Notes under the pieces: model-generated
What the model saw: only the letters and a program-made list of their open reading frames with translations
Told to the model about the DNA's origin: nothing
The model's database searches: none
Assembly: GCA_964187785.1 (NCBI GenBank)
Contig: OZ076415.1
Coordinates: 49,476,001 to 49,540,000, forward strand
From: Amphiscolops sp. MND2022
Lineage: Eukaryota
Direction: 5' to 3'
Length of the DNA: 64,000 bases
Shown here: in pieces, positions 23,101-34,182 of the stretch
Numbering within the stretch: the stretch's first letter is position 1
Layout: every line of letters starts with the position of its first letter
Position numbers and translations under genes: made by a program

Positions 23101-26100
23101 AATAACTTTTGCTAGCTTGAGGGAATCAGGAAACAGCCCAGCTGCCATGGAGCGATTTATGAGGATGGTTAGGAGATCGACCACGTATTCAGCACAGTTT
23201 TTCAGAAGTTTCGGACTAATCCGATCTATTCCAGAGGATGTTTTGTTCTTCATGGATTTCAATATATTCAATATTTCATGCTCATCAGTGGTTTTCAGAA
23301 ACATGGACTGTAGCTGGCTTCCTTGGATATTTTATTGTGTAGTATCTGCGATTGATTTGTGTATATTCCATCCTATGTCAACAAAAAACAGATTAAAATC
23401 CTCTACGCTATGTTTGACATTTAAGCTAGGAAGCACTCGTGATTTCTGTTTGCCTATCACCGAATTAAGGACACGATGAAACCCTTTTGTATCATTTTTG
23501 CACATTCGAAATTTCTCTTGCATATCAGATTTACGAGCACAAACTGCCATTTCCCCGGTGATGTTTCGCTGTTTTACGGATTCGCTGCGTTTTTCATCAT
23601 TCTCGTGGTCATTGCGCCACATCCTGAACTTATGATCTCTTTTGTTTGTTTCTCTTCAACTTGTTTGTCACCCAATTTTTCCGTCTGATGAGTAGAGGCT
23701 TCTGGGGAACAAATTTGTCAGCTGAAATTGTGATGCACTGAGTTAGTTTATTGAAGCCTTCGTCAACATCGATGTTAGCCCAATCAATTTTACTGCACTG
23801 GTATCTTAGATGAAAATCGTATTTGATGAGATTGTCGTTTCTCGGGAGATTCTTATAATCTCTGAACAGTTGACTCCATTTCTTTGCGTTGACTGTAGCT
23901 AACAATTCGGAGAAAACGAAAAAATGATTTGTGATACTGGTTTGGTGCACTGTTTTAGTTGCCACTGGAACGTTAGAATAAATATGATCCAGACATGACT
24001 TTCTTTCTTTGAATACCCTAGTCGGTTCGAGCGGACTGCTTAACTTGAAATTAACACTTTTCATGACATCGAGGAGTTCAACAGAGTGCTTCGTTTCTTT
24101 TTAAAGGTCAATATTGAAATCACCTGCTATGATAAAATCTATAATCTCTTTCAGGTTTATTCAGTGATGTCAGTTCTTCCAAAAGCCATTCGCAGTATGT
24201 GTTTTTCGAAAACTTTCGCTCACACCTGTAACTTACGCCGACAAGAAAATTTTTTGGTGTCATAATCTCTACCAAGAGCCATTCCTTTCAGTGTCTTTTT
24301 TGAGCACACGAAACTGTAAACCCGATTTTATATATAACATTACTCCTCCTCTTGTTCCCCAGGATCGATTACAGGTTACCGGCTTGTAGTATTCTTCGAT
24401 CTCAAAGACGTTTTCATTGCTATCATTATCTAACCAGGTCTCAGTGAATGCAATGAGACTGGGTTTGAGGTCATTGTTTAACAAAAAAGCTTGGAGTTCC
24501 TCAAAATGAGCGTCGATTGATCGAATGTTGGCGTTCAATATAATAATTTTGGAACCCTGATTCGCCACCTCAATGTTTTTATTTGAACATTTAGTATCAG
24601 TAACAGAAGAATATTCATGTTTCAAAGTAGCTCTCCTTCTTATTCCCCCCGAAGATTCACCGCGAGTGGGCAGACTTGAATCTGGAGGTTCGCCGGCACA
24701 TTCCGGTGCTTTCAGGCCTGCTTGCTGCTCGATGATCAGGTTGATTGCCGGCAAAAGCGCGTAAGCTAGCAGGCCGACAATGCCATTTTCGCTCATCTGC
24801 GAGGTCTCCAGGATTGGCGATAAATCGAGGGCTCTTTTCTTCGTTCTTTTATCGTCGAAGAAAGGGGTAATGCGCTTACGCTGCAGCGTCGGCATTCTCC
24901 GCGGAGTGGCAAAATCCACATCACTTTCGCTGCTGTTACCCACAGTTACGCACTCCATTTCCGAATTGGAGCAAGTGTCGGGATTTTTGTCGCGGATTTC
25001 GGTTGAAGGTTGTCAAAATTGTTCGGTGTCAATTATTTGAGCTCGTTGATGGTTAACTTTTATACGACGGTTGATTCCACCCGTTCTCTTGATAAACGAA
25101 CACTTGCTGGTTTTGGGTGGTTGTGCGGAGATTAAGTCTTTTGGCTTCAGTTTGATTCTCGCGATCGACAGGTGCGAGGCACTCTCTATTGAAAATGGGC
25201 CGCTGCTGGCTGTTGAGCCTAAATCTCAAGGTCTCGGTGATAGTGATAAAGAAACTTGACTATAACAGGAACGCAACTGCCGTTTACAAGAGGGTGGCAG
25301 GCTGCAATGTCTTACGGTCCAATGTGCATTTTCAGCACCGTTTGCATCCCGGTGAGAACTGAGGATAGCCCACCATCATTCATGACATCCACTCTGTCGA
25401 ATATTAGGCAAAGTTTCCTCGAGTAGCGTTCCAACCACTCTCTTTGACAGCGAATAAATTTCATTGTTGGACTCTTGGAAAAGAGTTTCGATCCCTTGAA
25501 TTTGACATGCCTGGTGGTCAATTATCTTTTGCTGCTCTTTGACTACTTTCGATAACTCAATGATGGATGCTTTCAGAAAAGTCAGAGATAGTTGTTCATC
25601 CTCAATGTCGGACAGCTTTGCCAGAAAGGTATCAACATCAAACATGCCTCGTTGGCTCATCTCCGAAACTTTAATAAGTTTATCACAACAATTAGGCTAT
25701 CCCAAAGAATGTTAATGACTATGTTTTTAGATCAAAAAAAGTTTTTTCTGCCCAGTTTGTTCACTGAGTACCTACTGAAAAAGATTCAAGGTATTTTGAT
25801 GGGCAGTCAGTAGAAGTGATTTGAAAAAGTGCCGGCGACTGTTAGTTTATTCAAGTCTCGTGCGATGAAACGAGCGAGTGTTAGTTATGCATTCGTTCGC
25901 CGAATTCAATGAGATGAAGCGAGCGAATGTTCGTGATTATGCTTTTGTACGCCGAGTTATTGAGATAAAGCGAACGACTTTTAATTATTCGTTCGTCGAG
26001 AGCTTCGCCTGCATTCAAATGCGAATACGAAACTTCGTCTACGCTTAATAGTTGTTTTCTTTAAAGGCGGTGTAAACTGGTAGAATGATTAATTGTGCGC

Positions 26101-28460
26101 TATATAAATGATTAAGATATGCTTCTATTATTGAACATGGAAGCCTTAAAGCATAAATAATACCGTGCCCCCGCAGGGGCCTATTTCAAAAGTAAAGTTT
26201 CAATGACTCATATGTTTTCAGTGTGCCAAACTGGGCGAAGACTTTTTTTCGAATCAGAATGTGGACGCGGAGAGCAAGAAGTTGTGTGAGATGACAAGTG
26301 AGCTTCGTCTAGATCTGGACAAAAAGACAAAACAGGCGCTGCAAAAGAAAGCCGAGCTGAAGGAGACCATGAGTTTGAAGGAGACGTCTATCTTCAGACT
26401 GAGGCATGAGCACGAAACAATGCTGGGAGACTGTCGCGCTTTACAGGAACGCATAGACAAGGTATCCATCATTAGTGCAAATGTTATCTAGTGACTTTTT
26501 GTCGTTTTTTAGGATTCGGGAATAAATTTTCTATTACGCAATCGTATCCTTTTCCCGACTTCTCAATAAAAATTTCAAATTTCTTAATCAAAACTGTCCA
26601 TACGATTTTTATGAAATTTTGCACAGTCATTCGACACCAAAAGGTGCTCCTGCGTACGCAATGGCATCAAAATGTATGCCTGGGACCCGAGCAACATGGA
26701 CAAAATTAGTTCAAAATGACTTAATATTTTAATCCGTTTCCGACTCTTCACCGCACATGCGGCTCTGGTTAAAAAGTCAGTCGAAGTGACCAAGAAAAAA
26801 TCTGCAAGGCGCATAAAATCTAAAGAGGGCCAAAGGGGTTCAAAGGATACCCCTTTCAGATTCTTGAACAATGAGGACCGTGCGCATTGAAACATTTGCT
26901 ACTTAGGAAGTGGCCTTTGTCCCATTTACTTAGTCAGCGCATTTCACAGGGCTTGTTCCGTCAAATCACAGAGTGCATCTGATTGATCCTTCTACAGACT
27001 TTTTTTGCCTAAAATCTAACGGGTGCCGAAAGAGGCCAAAATGTTCCCACTTAGAATATTTGATATTTTTACTGGAATTGGAAAGCTATATGTGACCAAA
27101 GGGCACCTTCAGTATTTTTCAAGAATTAAACTGCAAACTTTCTGGAAACAATAATTAAATTTTAAAAAATGGCGAAATTTCAGCTGAGTTCTTTCCTAGC
27201 AAGACTTGGGGCCCAATTTTAGTTTGTTTTAGATTCGGGAAAATATCGATAGATTCTACAAAGTGATTGATCGATGTGAAAGCAAGAAAAAGGAACAGAC
27301 TAAATTAAGAGACCAACTATTACAAAAGCTACAGCAAGATCACAAGACTGCCCAGCTTCTTTTTGCAGCAAACCAATCCGCGCTCGATCAGTGTGAGTTC
27401 ATTTTTAAGCTTCAACGTCAATTGAACCCGTTTTTTCCTCTGAAGCTTCGATATTCATCGGAACTTGGAAGATTAATAAACTTTTGTAGCTGACAATTTT
27501 TCGTATTTGTTGTGAGTAGTCAAGATATTTCGATTTGAGTTTTTTCGTTTTGCTATTTTAACCCCAATGAACCTAGCGGTGCTTTAAAGCAGCCTACCTT
27601 TTTTCCAAATTCTGATTCCATTTGCCAGTAGCCCATTTTCTCTAGCACAGTTTTTTTTCAGCACGTAATTGGTACCTAGATTGATTTGAATGGCACAAGC
27701 ATTAGAAAAAGGGAATATGTCTCCAATGCTGAGAAAATGGGGATTTTTTGCACAAAAAATAGATATATATTCTCAAAATTCAGTTTTTGACGAAATCCAG
27801 TTTTCTCAAAAGTCTTTTTTGATCAATAGAAAAAATCAACCACATGCCCTTCCACAACAAGTCCTGGTGCAACAAATCCCTATAGTATTCTGTTATTACT
27901 ACAAGCCCCCGCGCAGCGGTTCGCACGAAGTGCGGAACTGCCGGAAAGCGGCGGAACCGGAAAAAAAGCTGAAATTCTGAAGGAAGGGCGCGCGGCGACA
28001 GGGGCTCACCTGACCAAAATGAAAGCCCAATATCAGACCTTTCAAACGCGCTATAGTTCGTTCCTCGGGTACGCGTAGTTGTGAAGATATTGATGATTGA
28101 AAATTTTTGGGGGTTAAGCAATGGATCCACTCGAGTGTCCTGTTCTTCCAGAACACCGGTAATCTACCTGTCCTACCAGTTGGTCCATCCTTCGCATTCA
28201 AATAAGAGTATAAACAATAAACGCAGCTTGCTACAAAGGTTATAGCCCGGAAAGATTTGATGTTTCCAGTCAAAAATGTTTTGCACTTTCGCTACAATTT
28301 TCGAGAAATCTGTTTGGAATGGATGTTTGAAACATTTCGATATCACTTGAAATCAACTGGTTCTTTTCTAGTCGTGGATCAGATGAAGGAGTTGGATGAT
28401 TACATCAAAGGCGGCGGTACTGAGCAAGTGGGGTTGAAGAAGAAGAAAAAAATAAAATGA
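8196..28460 (+). CDS. NDC80: Kinetochore protein Ndc80/HEC1-like, 6 coding exons, about 435 aa
   Basis: Exons 8196-8451, 10977-11300, 17082-17356, 26258-26461, 27233-27392, 28372-28460. All introns are GT-AG with matching phases (1,1,0,0,1). HEC1 CH-domain motifs TDPLVKDKEELKKITPKLIKFL and VLDYLKVLDYPYVIPKSSI..SSSWPYNLAAFVYL, followed by coiled coil. Confidence 0.8.
8863..9434 (+). mobile_element. Internally deleted hAT DNA transposon
   Basis: TIRs CAGGGGCTGGTAATTAAAAATT / AATTTTTAATTGCCAGGCCCTG and 8-bp TSD CTTGTTCA. Carries a remnant of the hAT dimerisation domain, PTSNIL*RFFSAA...PEHLEQQLFLRANKKYW (about 9130-9260). Confidence 0.9.
11390..11900. repeat. Interspersed repeat, related copy at about 42900-43260
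   Basis: Shared blocks GTGACCATTTT...CCGAATGCCAAA(A/T)TTTC and AATTTGAC(G/A)AA in both places. Confidence 0.5.
13330..13720 (+). repeat. Repeat family with internal GAGATGAAGCGA subrepeats and a 3' hairpin (Helitron-like, non-autonomous); other copies at about 13790-13960, 14490-14945, 25765-26190
   Basis: Shared motifs CTCGTGCGAT, GAGATGAAGCGA and GAGAGCTTCGCCTGCATTCAAATGCG. Ends of the type GTGCCCCGCAGGGGCCTATT. Confidence 0.65.
13960..14410 (-). mobile_element. Helentron-associated (DINE-1/HINE-like) element
   Basis: Starts with the family terminus AACAAGACGGGAACATCTAAAGTCAGCGCTATATCTAAGG, the reverse of the end seen at 63945-63988. Confidence 0.65.
15583..16042. mobile_element. hAT MITE
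   Basis: TIR CAGGGGTGT / ACACCTCTG. TSD ATTACAGT / AATACAGT. Confidence 0.75.
16630..17012. mobile_element. hAT MITE with AACCGGTT subterminal repeats
   Basis: TIR TAGGGTTGTCTGCGGTTA / TAACCGCCGACAGCTCTA. TSD TTTACATG / TTTACATT. Confidence 0.8.
17417..18062. mobile_element. Tc1/mariner-type MITE
   Basis: TIR CAGTACTGTGATTAAGAAA / TTTCTTAATCACAGTACTG, flanked by TA on both sides. Confidence 0.85.
20208..20387. repeat. 95-bp tandem duplication
   Basis: The unit AAGATGTCTTTCAGAAAAGTCATC...TTTTGGACGC starts at 20208 and again at 20303. Confidence 0.9.
20848..25680 (-). mobile_element. Degenerate CR1/L2-group LINE (ORF1 + APE-RT ORF2), interrupted at about 21200-22312
   Basis: APE motifs NANIRS and IAFTETWL (24269-24560). 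RT motifs YRPVSLLPVLGK, FLDLTKAF, VSQGSVLGPLLFLLYINDL and FFADD (22313-23304). Coiled-coil ORF1 remnants at 25250-25660. Probable 3' end with a (TTA)n tail at 20848-20860. Confidence 0.85.
21883..22085. mobile_element. Small TA-flanked MITE with internal CCCGGATTCCAC repeats
   Basis: Inverted ends GTGCACAGGCAAG / CTTGCCTGTGCAC and three internal GGATTCCAC units. Confidence 0.6.
27562..28113 (+). mobile_element. piggyBac-type MITE, family A
   Basis: TTAA|CCCCAA ... TTGGGGG|TTAA. GC-rich internal hairpins. Related copies at 29148-29615 (reverse), 58166-58653 and 60246-60734. Confidence 0.8.
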
Positions 28461-29147
28461 ATAATGCTCTAGAACAAATGAGCCTTTCCTCATTTCCATC
28501 ACGTTTACTTTCTTCGTTTGTGATAATTTTCCAGTTGTGCTGAAGATTTTCCGCAGATTTGGAACTTGAAGATATGTATTTTTGTTAGCTGTGATTTGTG
28601 TTTTGCTAGTGATTATATGTTGATTTTTTATAATTTGAAGATGTTTTAATTATTATGAATTGTTTGTCATGCTGAAAACGATGTTGATTTGCAACCAGAT
28701 ATGTCAATTTCGCAAAATCAAAGATTAGTTTATCTGAAAAATTTTGAATTAGTGTTTAATTTGTTTTGAAAGTATATCTGAAAATGGCAGAAATACTTAT
28801 TGACATTTATTGTGAAGTTTTTGCAGTTGTATTTTTAGTCGGCGCTTTTGAAGAAAAGTGTCGAAATCTTACAGTGGGTAGTTTTTTGTACGGTCAAGGT
28901 CCACATTATTCTTCATTTGTTCAACAATTTGACCTACGGATGTTCAAAACACTCGAAACCAGAGAACCTCGTCCAAAACAAACAAAACCCACGTCCAGAA
29001 CCTCGAAAACATACTAATGATCCCCCTTTTGGCAATCTCTGTGTTTTTCTCATAGATTTTTTTCGTCACAGTGAGACTTTTTTTCGAAATTTTCGGATTG
29101 CACCAAAGTGTCCCCCCTTCGATAATTTGTAACAGCATGGATGTTAA

Positions 29148-29615
29148 CCCTAACTGACCCGAGCGTTTGTGCAAATTTTTAAAAAATCTGATAAAAAAAT
29201 TTCAAATCATCAATATCTCCAACTACGCGTACCAGAGAAACGAACTATAGCTCGTTTGAAAGGTCTGGTATTGGGCTTTCATTTTGGGCAGGTGAGCCCC
29301 TGTCGCAGCGCGCCCCTTCCTTCAGAATTTCAGTTTCTTTTTCCGGTACCGCCGCGGTGGCTTGTACTAAGAGAATTTTATTGGGATTTGTTGCATAAGA
29401 GCTTGTTGTCGAAGTGTATGGGGATGGTTTTTCCTATGCGTCAAGAACTTTTGAGCAAACTGGATTTCGCCAAAAACTGAAATTTAGAAGAAACATATGT
29501 GCAAAAAACTCATTTTTCTCAGTTTTGGAGATATTCATTTTTTATGCTTGTTCCATTCAAACCAATCTAGGTACCAAAGAATTGTTGAGAAAAAACTGTG
29601 CTAGAGAATGTGGCT
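29148..29615 (-). mobile_element. piggyBac-type MITE, family A, truncated by a HINE insertion
   Basis: TTAA|CCCTAACTGACC end. The body is the reverse complement of 27680-28110. Confidence 0.7.
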
Positions 29616-29616
29616 T

Positions 29617-30128
29617 GTTAGTCGGCGCCTTTTTCCTTAAGGAAAAAAGTCTGACTGTTACAGTGGGTAGTTTTTTTCAGCTGACAATTTCACTCTGAAT
29701 GGTCCACTTTTTTACAATTTTCATGATCCACTAACTGCCACACTTGTAACTTCTACTGGCACTTGGCATAGAGGTTACGGCTTTTTTGAGGTCTGCCGAG
29801 CAGAAGGACGTGGGTTCGAGTCCAACCTTGACCAAAATTTTTTTTGTGCAGGTTTTTCGGCTTTGTGATACTTTTTTTCGCAAATTTTTTAATGTCTCCA
29901 AAGGGTCTCCCCTTCATTTTTTCCTATTTTGCAATAGAATGGATGTTCAAAAACTCCCAAAGGCCCCCTTTTTACATTTTTTGGCACTATGCGACTTACC
30001 GGAGACCAAAAAATTACAATTTTTTTCCTCACGCGGGTACTGTAGAAGAGAATACTTGACACATTGAAGTCCTTTTGTTATTTTTGAGCCTTAGATTTGG
30101 TGCCGACTTGGGCCGTTCCCGGCTTGTT
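29617..30128 (+). mobile_element. HINE/DINE-1-like element carrying a tRNA-like segment
   Basis: 5' subTIR TTAGTCGGCGCC. 3' GGTGCCGACTTGGGCCGTTCCCGGCTTGTT with a GCCG-TTCC-CGGC hairpin. B-box GGGTTCGAGTCC near 29811. Confidence 0.75.
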
Positions 30129-30365
30129 TGATCCATTACTACTGTAATGAATTTATAACTCAACCGAATTAGGACTTATTATCAAAATTAGATCAGGTCG
30201 AAATTGCGCAAGGTTGAAATTAAATAAGTTGAAACTGCATAGTTAATTTATTTCGCATTTGGTGTGCTGAATGCGCCTATTTTAATAATCGTGATTTGTA
30301 GTCTGCGCTTTTCTGGAGAAAAGAGTAGGCTAAAGTCATGGCTTTTCGTCAGTGTTTTTTACATT

Positions 30366-30743
30366 TTTTTAGTCGCCGCTTTTCTAGAGAAAAGAGTCGA
30401 CTATAGTAATGTCTTTTCGTCACTGGTTTTTTTTTCATTTTTTTTCGATACACCTGAAGTGATCAAAATAGTTCTACCCCAAAAATTCTACAAAATTTTA
30501 AGAAGCCGCCAAATTGTACCCGTTGGCCCAAGAAACTGAACCAAAATTTTCCCCACGTAAACACAACACCGGACGAGACCAAAGGGTCTCCCCCTTTCAG
30601 TTTTTTTCGGCATTGCGAGACTTTTTCCAAAAAATTCCTATCATAAAAGGGTCCCCAATTCACCAATAGTTTGACATTTTGAAGTCCTTTTGCTATTTTT
30701 GAGTCTTAGATATGGCGCCGACTTGGGCCGGTCCCGGCTTGCT
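30366..30743 (+). mobile_element. HINE/DINE-1-like element
   Basis: Same subTIR and 3' hairpin termini, and the same internal core as 50268-50622. Confidence 0.75.
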
Positions 30744-32400
30744 TTTTCAAAGACATGAAAAAGTGCTCGATAACACATATTCAACCTAATCAGTTTTAGG
30801 TTTTAAATCATTGATGCTTGCCATGAAAGTGAATCATTCGGAAACTTGATGTTTTCTATGCTGTCCAAGTCACCAAACTTTCAGAAAAGGAGCTCTCTAA
30901 AAATTGTTAATATGTAATAGTCTTTGGTTGATGGCTGACAAAACTTATCAAAGCATGATATTCTTACACATGGCAGATTCCGGTGATTTCAATTATTCCA
31001 TCTGTTTTGTTCCGATTGTAGTTCATGTGTTTCGTAGATGTCGATTATCTGAGAAACACCTAAGACAAAGCAGTTTAGTATAAATCGAAATTTTGATCGA
31101 ATGAAAATCAATTTCCCCTGAACAACATAGTTTTAAGGCTCGATCGTAGAAGATAATTTTATGCCACTGAGCACCATTGAAGTTTGCTGAAAACTTGAAT
31201 TCCTTGCCCCTTTTTATGTAAATTTTTTAAATCTATAGTAGCGATAATATTGAAAGCAACATAAGGAATCTAGTTTGCAAATCTCGAACTTTAATATCTC
31301 AAGGTACCGAAATACCGAAGGAGTATGTGCAAAAACTTGATGACTCGGTCCGTGTCGAATTATTCTCGTATTACAAAACTCCAAAATACGACGAAATTTT
31401 GAATTGTAAGCAATTTTTTTAAATTTCAGTTTTCATGTATCTCGATTCTGTTCTGAGTTATTGCATTTTGAAAAATTTGAAATCTCACTATGTTGCTTTT
31501 AATAATATCACTGCTGTGGATTTCTTCATATGAAAAATGCTAATTGTTTTGTTGTTAAACTCTGTGGATGTTCCAAACGAAGCAAAAATTCAGAAATTAC
31601 TAGAAAACTGGCATGAAAGGTCAAAAATTAGATAAAAATACGAATTTCGAATTCTGTGACACCGATTTTAAGCAGTTTTTCTTCAAATATCTCTTCTAAA
31701 AGAACTCGAAAGACATGAAAAACCGATCAAACCTGCAGGAAGTTTTTGAAAAATTGAACAAACTTGCATTTTGTGATTTTCAGTTCAAATCAATGAGTGT
31801 TATTATAATCACTTTTGATCAAATAATCCATAATTACCCTACTAACGAAATTCTACTACGTAACGTCTCACTTTACGAAAAATAAGGCAGTGGTGTCCTT
31901 ACAAGTTTTTGCAACCTTAAATTTCTCATTGAATCCTTCTATGAAACGTCTGATTGTCAAGTTTCGAAGGCATATCTCTCCGTCGATGAGTATCTTGAGT
32001 TGGTTGCTTGGGGTTGTAGATTTATACGGCCGCTTTCGCCATAAAGAGGTACTGTTGTGGAACAAAAGCTTCAAAATGAAAAGAGCTCACTTATTAGCTC
32101 TCCAGATAAGTTGACTGTTTCTGTTGTTTTTTTCAGTAAAAACGCCCGAAACATTTTTCGCCAGTAATATTTAAATAACAATTTTTTGGAAAATTCGAAA
32201 CCTGCACCAAAGTTTTTCAGAGACATGAAATTTGACACTTTCGGGGTTCTTTTGATTCATTTCAGGCAATTGTTTCACGAATAATTTCATGACAAGTACG
32301 TTAAGGAGCTGTCATTTTTGCCCAATTGTAAAATCGTTTTGATTTTTTGTCGGATGTTTTTTTCTGCCTAACCTAGCACACCGTCCCTTTCAGGCTAATT

Positions 32401-33213
32401 ATGCCACCGAAAAAGCGCATCGAAGAAAAGCTTCCTCCGCCGGATTCACTGAATCAAGATGATGAGGTAGAGCAAATTATTGACAGCAAATTCATTAAAG
32501 GAAAGTCCTTTTACTTGCTGCGATGGAAAGGCTACGACAGCAGTAACGATACGTGGGAACCTGCTGAAAACCTACAGTGTCCTGAAATACTCGCCAAATA
32601 CATATCTGGACGAAAACGCCGCAGATCGTCCAGCGTTCGGTCAACTTCCGAGGAGCCGAAAACCATCCCAAAAATTCGCGGCAGACCCAAGCGAAATAGT
32701 CCGGTGGGTGCAACTGAGAATGAAAATGCCAGTTTTCGACGTGTTGCTGAAGTTGAAAATAGTTTTTCTTCCGTTGATGAAATATTGGGAAATACCGAAG
32801 AACCTGTTGCGAGTGACGTTTTGAAACCATCTGATGACAAAGGCGTTGATGGCGACGATCAGTTTTATAGTTGTCCAATGGAACAAGGTGATTACTGTCA
32901 ATCGTATGATGCAAAATTGACCCCTATTCTGTCTACTGATGGTGAGAACCAGTCGCCCGATATAGTTGAAGTTCTCCAGAATAAAACACTTGACAAATTA
33001 GCTAAAGCAAAGATCGGGTTTGAACGAGGGTACAAACCGGAACAAATCCTGGGTGCCGTGAATAGACCAGATGGAATGTATTTTATAATGAAGTGGGAAA
33101 ACTTTCACATCATAGATTTAGTGGCATCTAAAGAATTGACAGAAAAGTATCCAAAAATGTTGATTGATTTCTATAGAAAACATTTGATATGGTCGCTAGA
33201 AGATTCCAGTTAG
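32401..33213 (+). CDS. HP1/CBX-like protein (chromodomain + long hinge + chromoshadow domain), 270 aa, single coding exon
   Basis: Chromodomain EVEQIIDSKFIKGKSFYLLRWKGYDSSNDTWEPAENLQCPEIL. Chromoshadow GFERGYKPEQILGA...FIMKW...LIDFYRKHLIW. A splice acceptor (CTTTCAG) lies just upstream of the ATG. Confidence 0.92.
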   Translation: MPPKKRIEEKLPPPDSLNQDDEVEQIIDSKFIKGKSFYLLRWKGYDSSNDTWEPAENLQCPEILAKYISGRKRRRSSSVRSTSEEPKTIPKIRGRPKRNSPVGATENENASFRRVAEVENSFSSVDEILGNTEEPVASDVLKPSDDKGVDGDDQFYSCPMEQGDYCQSYDAKLTPILSTDGENQSPDIVEVLQNKTLDKLAKAKIGFERGYKPEQILGAVNRPDGMYFIMKWENFHIIDLVASKELTEKYPKMLIDFYRKHLIWSLEDSS

Positions 33214-33716
33214 TTTATTCAAGTTCCACACAGCTATAATCATTCTAGAATTGGAATTACATAATGTTCAAAATGTTGAACGAAAACTTTGTTGCAGTTA
33301 TCAAATTTATTACATCTTGTCGGAAATTATGGTCATTATCGTTTTCATGTCAAGCTAAGTCTAGTCGACCATTATGAACCTCTTGAATTACTATAGCAGA
33401 ACACCAGAAGCTTAGACATCATTTATTCTCATTTTTTTCAAACATTTGTAGAATTTCAAGGTTCGTTGTTTGTTTCTCATGCAAATCTTTATGCATACAT
33501 GCCAACATTTCCCTTTTGCTGTGATACTAGGTCCAATGCTCCATTTTGAGGTTTCACACTACTTACTTTGGACATAATTTTGCAACTTTTCCCGAACCTT
33601 TTCTTAGATGGCATCAAAATGATTCGTTTCTCCATACCCAAAACAGTGCATAACGCCTTTAAATCGTTGCAATTTTTACCTCAGAACATCTACTGTATCA
33701 ACTGACAGTTTAGCTC

Positions 33717-34182
33717 AACAAGCCAGGAACGGCCCAAGTCGGCGCCATATCCAAGGCTCACAAATAGCAGAAGGACTTCAAAATTTCCAAGTATTGGTGA
33801 ATTGGGACTACTTTAATGAAAAAAAAATTTGAAAAAAAGTCTCACAATGCCGAAAAAAACTGAAAGGAGGACCATTTGGGATTTTTCAACATCTATTCTG
33901 TTGCAAAACTCCAAAAAATTGAAGGGGGCCTTTCGTGGGGGAAAAAGTTTTTTTGAAAAAAGTCGCTTAGTGCCGAAAAAATGGACCCTTTGGTCTCGTC
34001 CGGTATTGTATGTTACGCGGGAAACCTTTTTGGTTCAGTTCCTTGGGCCAACAGGTACATTTTGGCGTCTTCTGAAAATTTTGTAGAACTATTTTGGTCA
34101 GTTCAGTTGGTCTTAAAAAAACTGACGAAAAGCCATGACTATAGTCGACTTTTTTCTAAAAAACGCCGACTAAAAAATGAAT
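33717..34182 (-). mobile_element. HINE/DINE-1-like element
   Basis: AACAAGCCAGGAACGGCCCAAGTCGGCGCCATATC at one end and CGCCGACTAAAAA at the other. Confidence 0.75.

Noticed and set aside
32480-32914. Alternative-frame and antisense ORFs over the HP1 gene (likewise over the CRE ORFs and the LINEs)
   Set aside because: Shadow frames of real coding sequence with no motifs.
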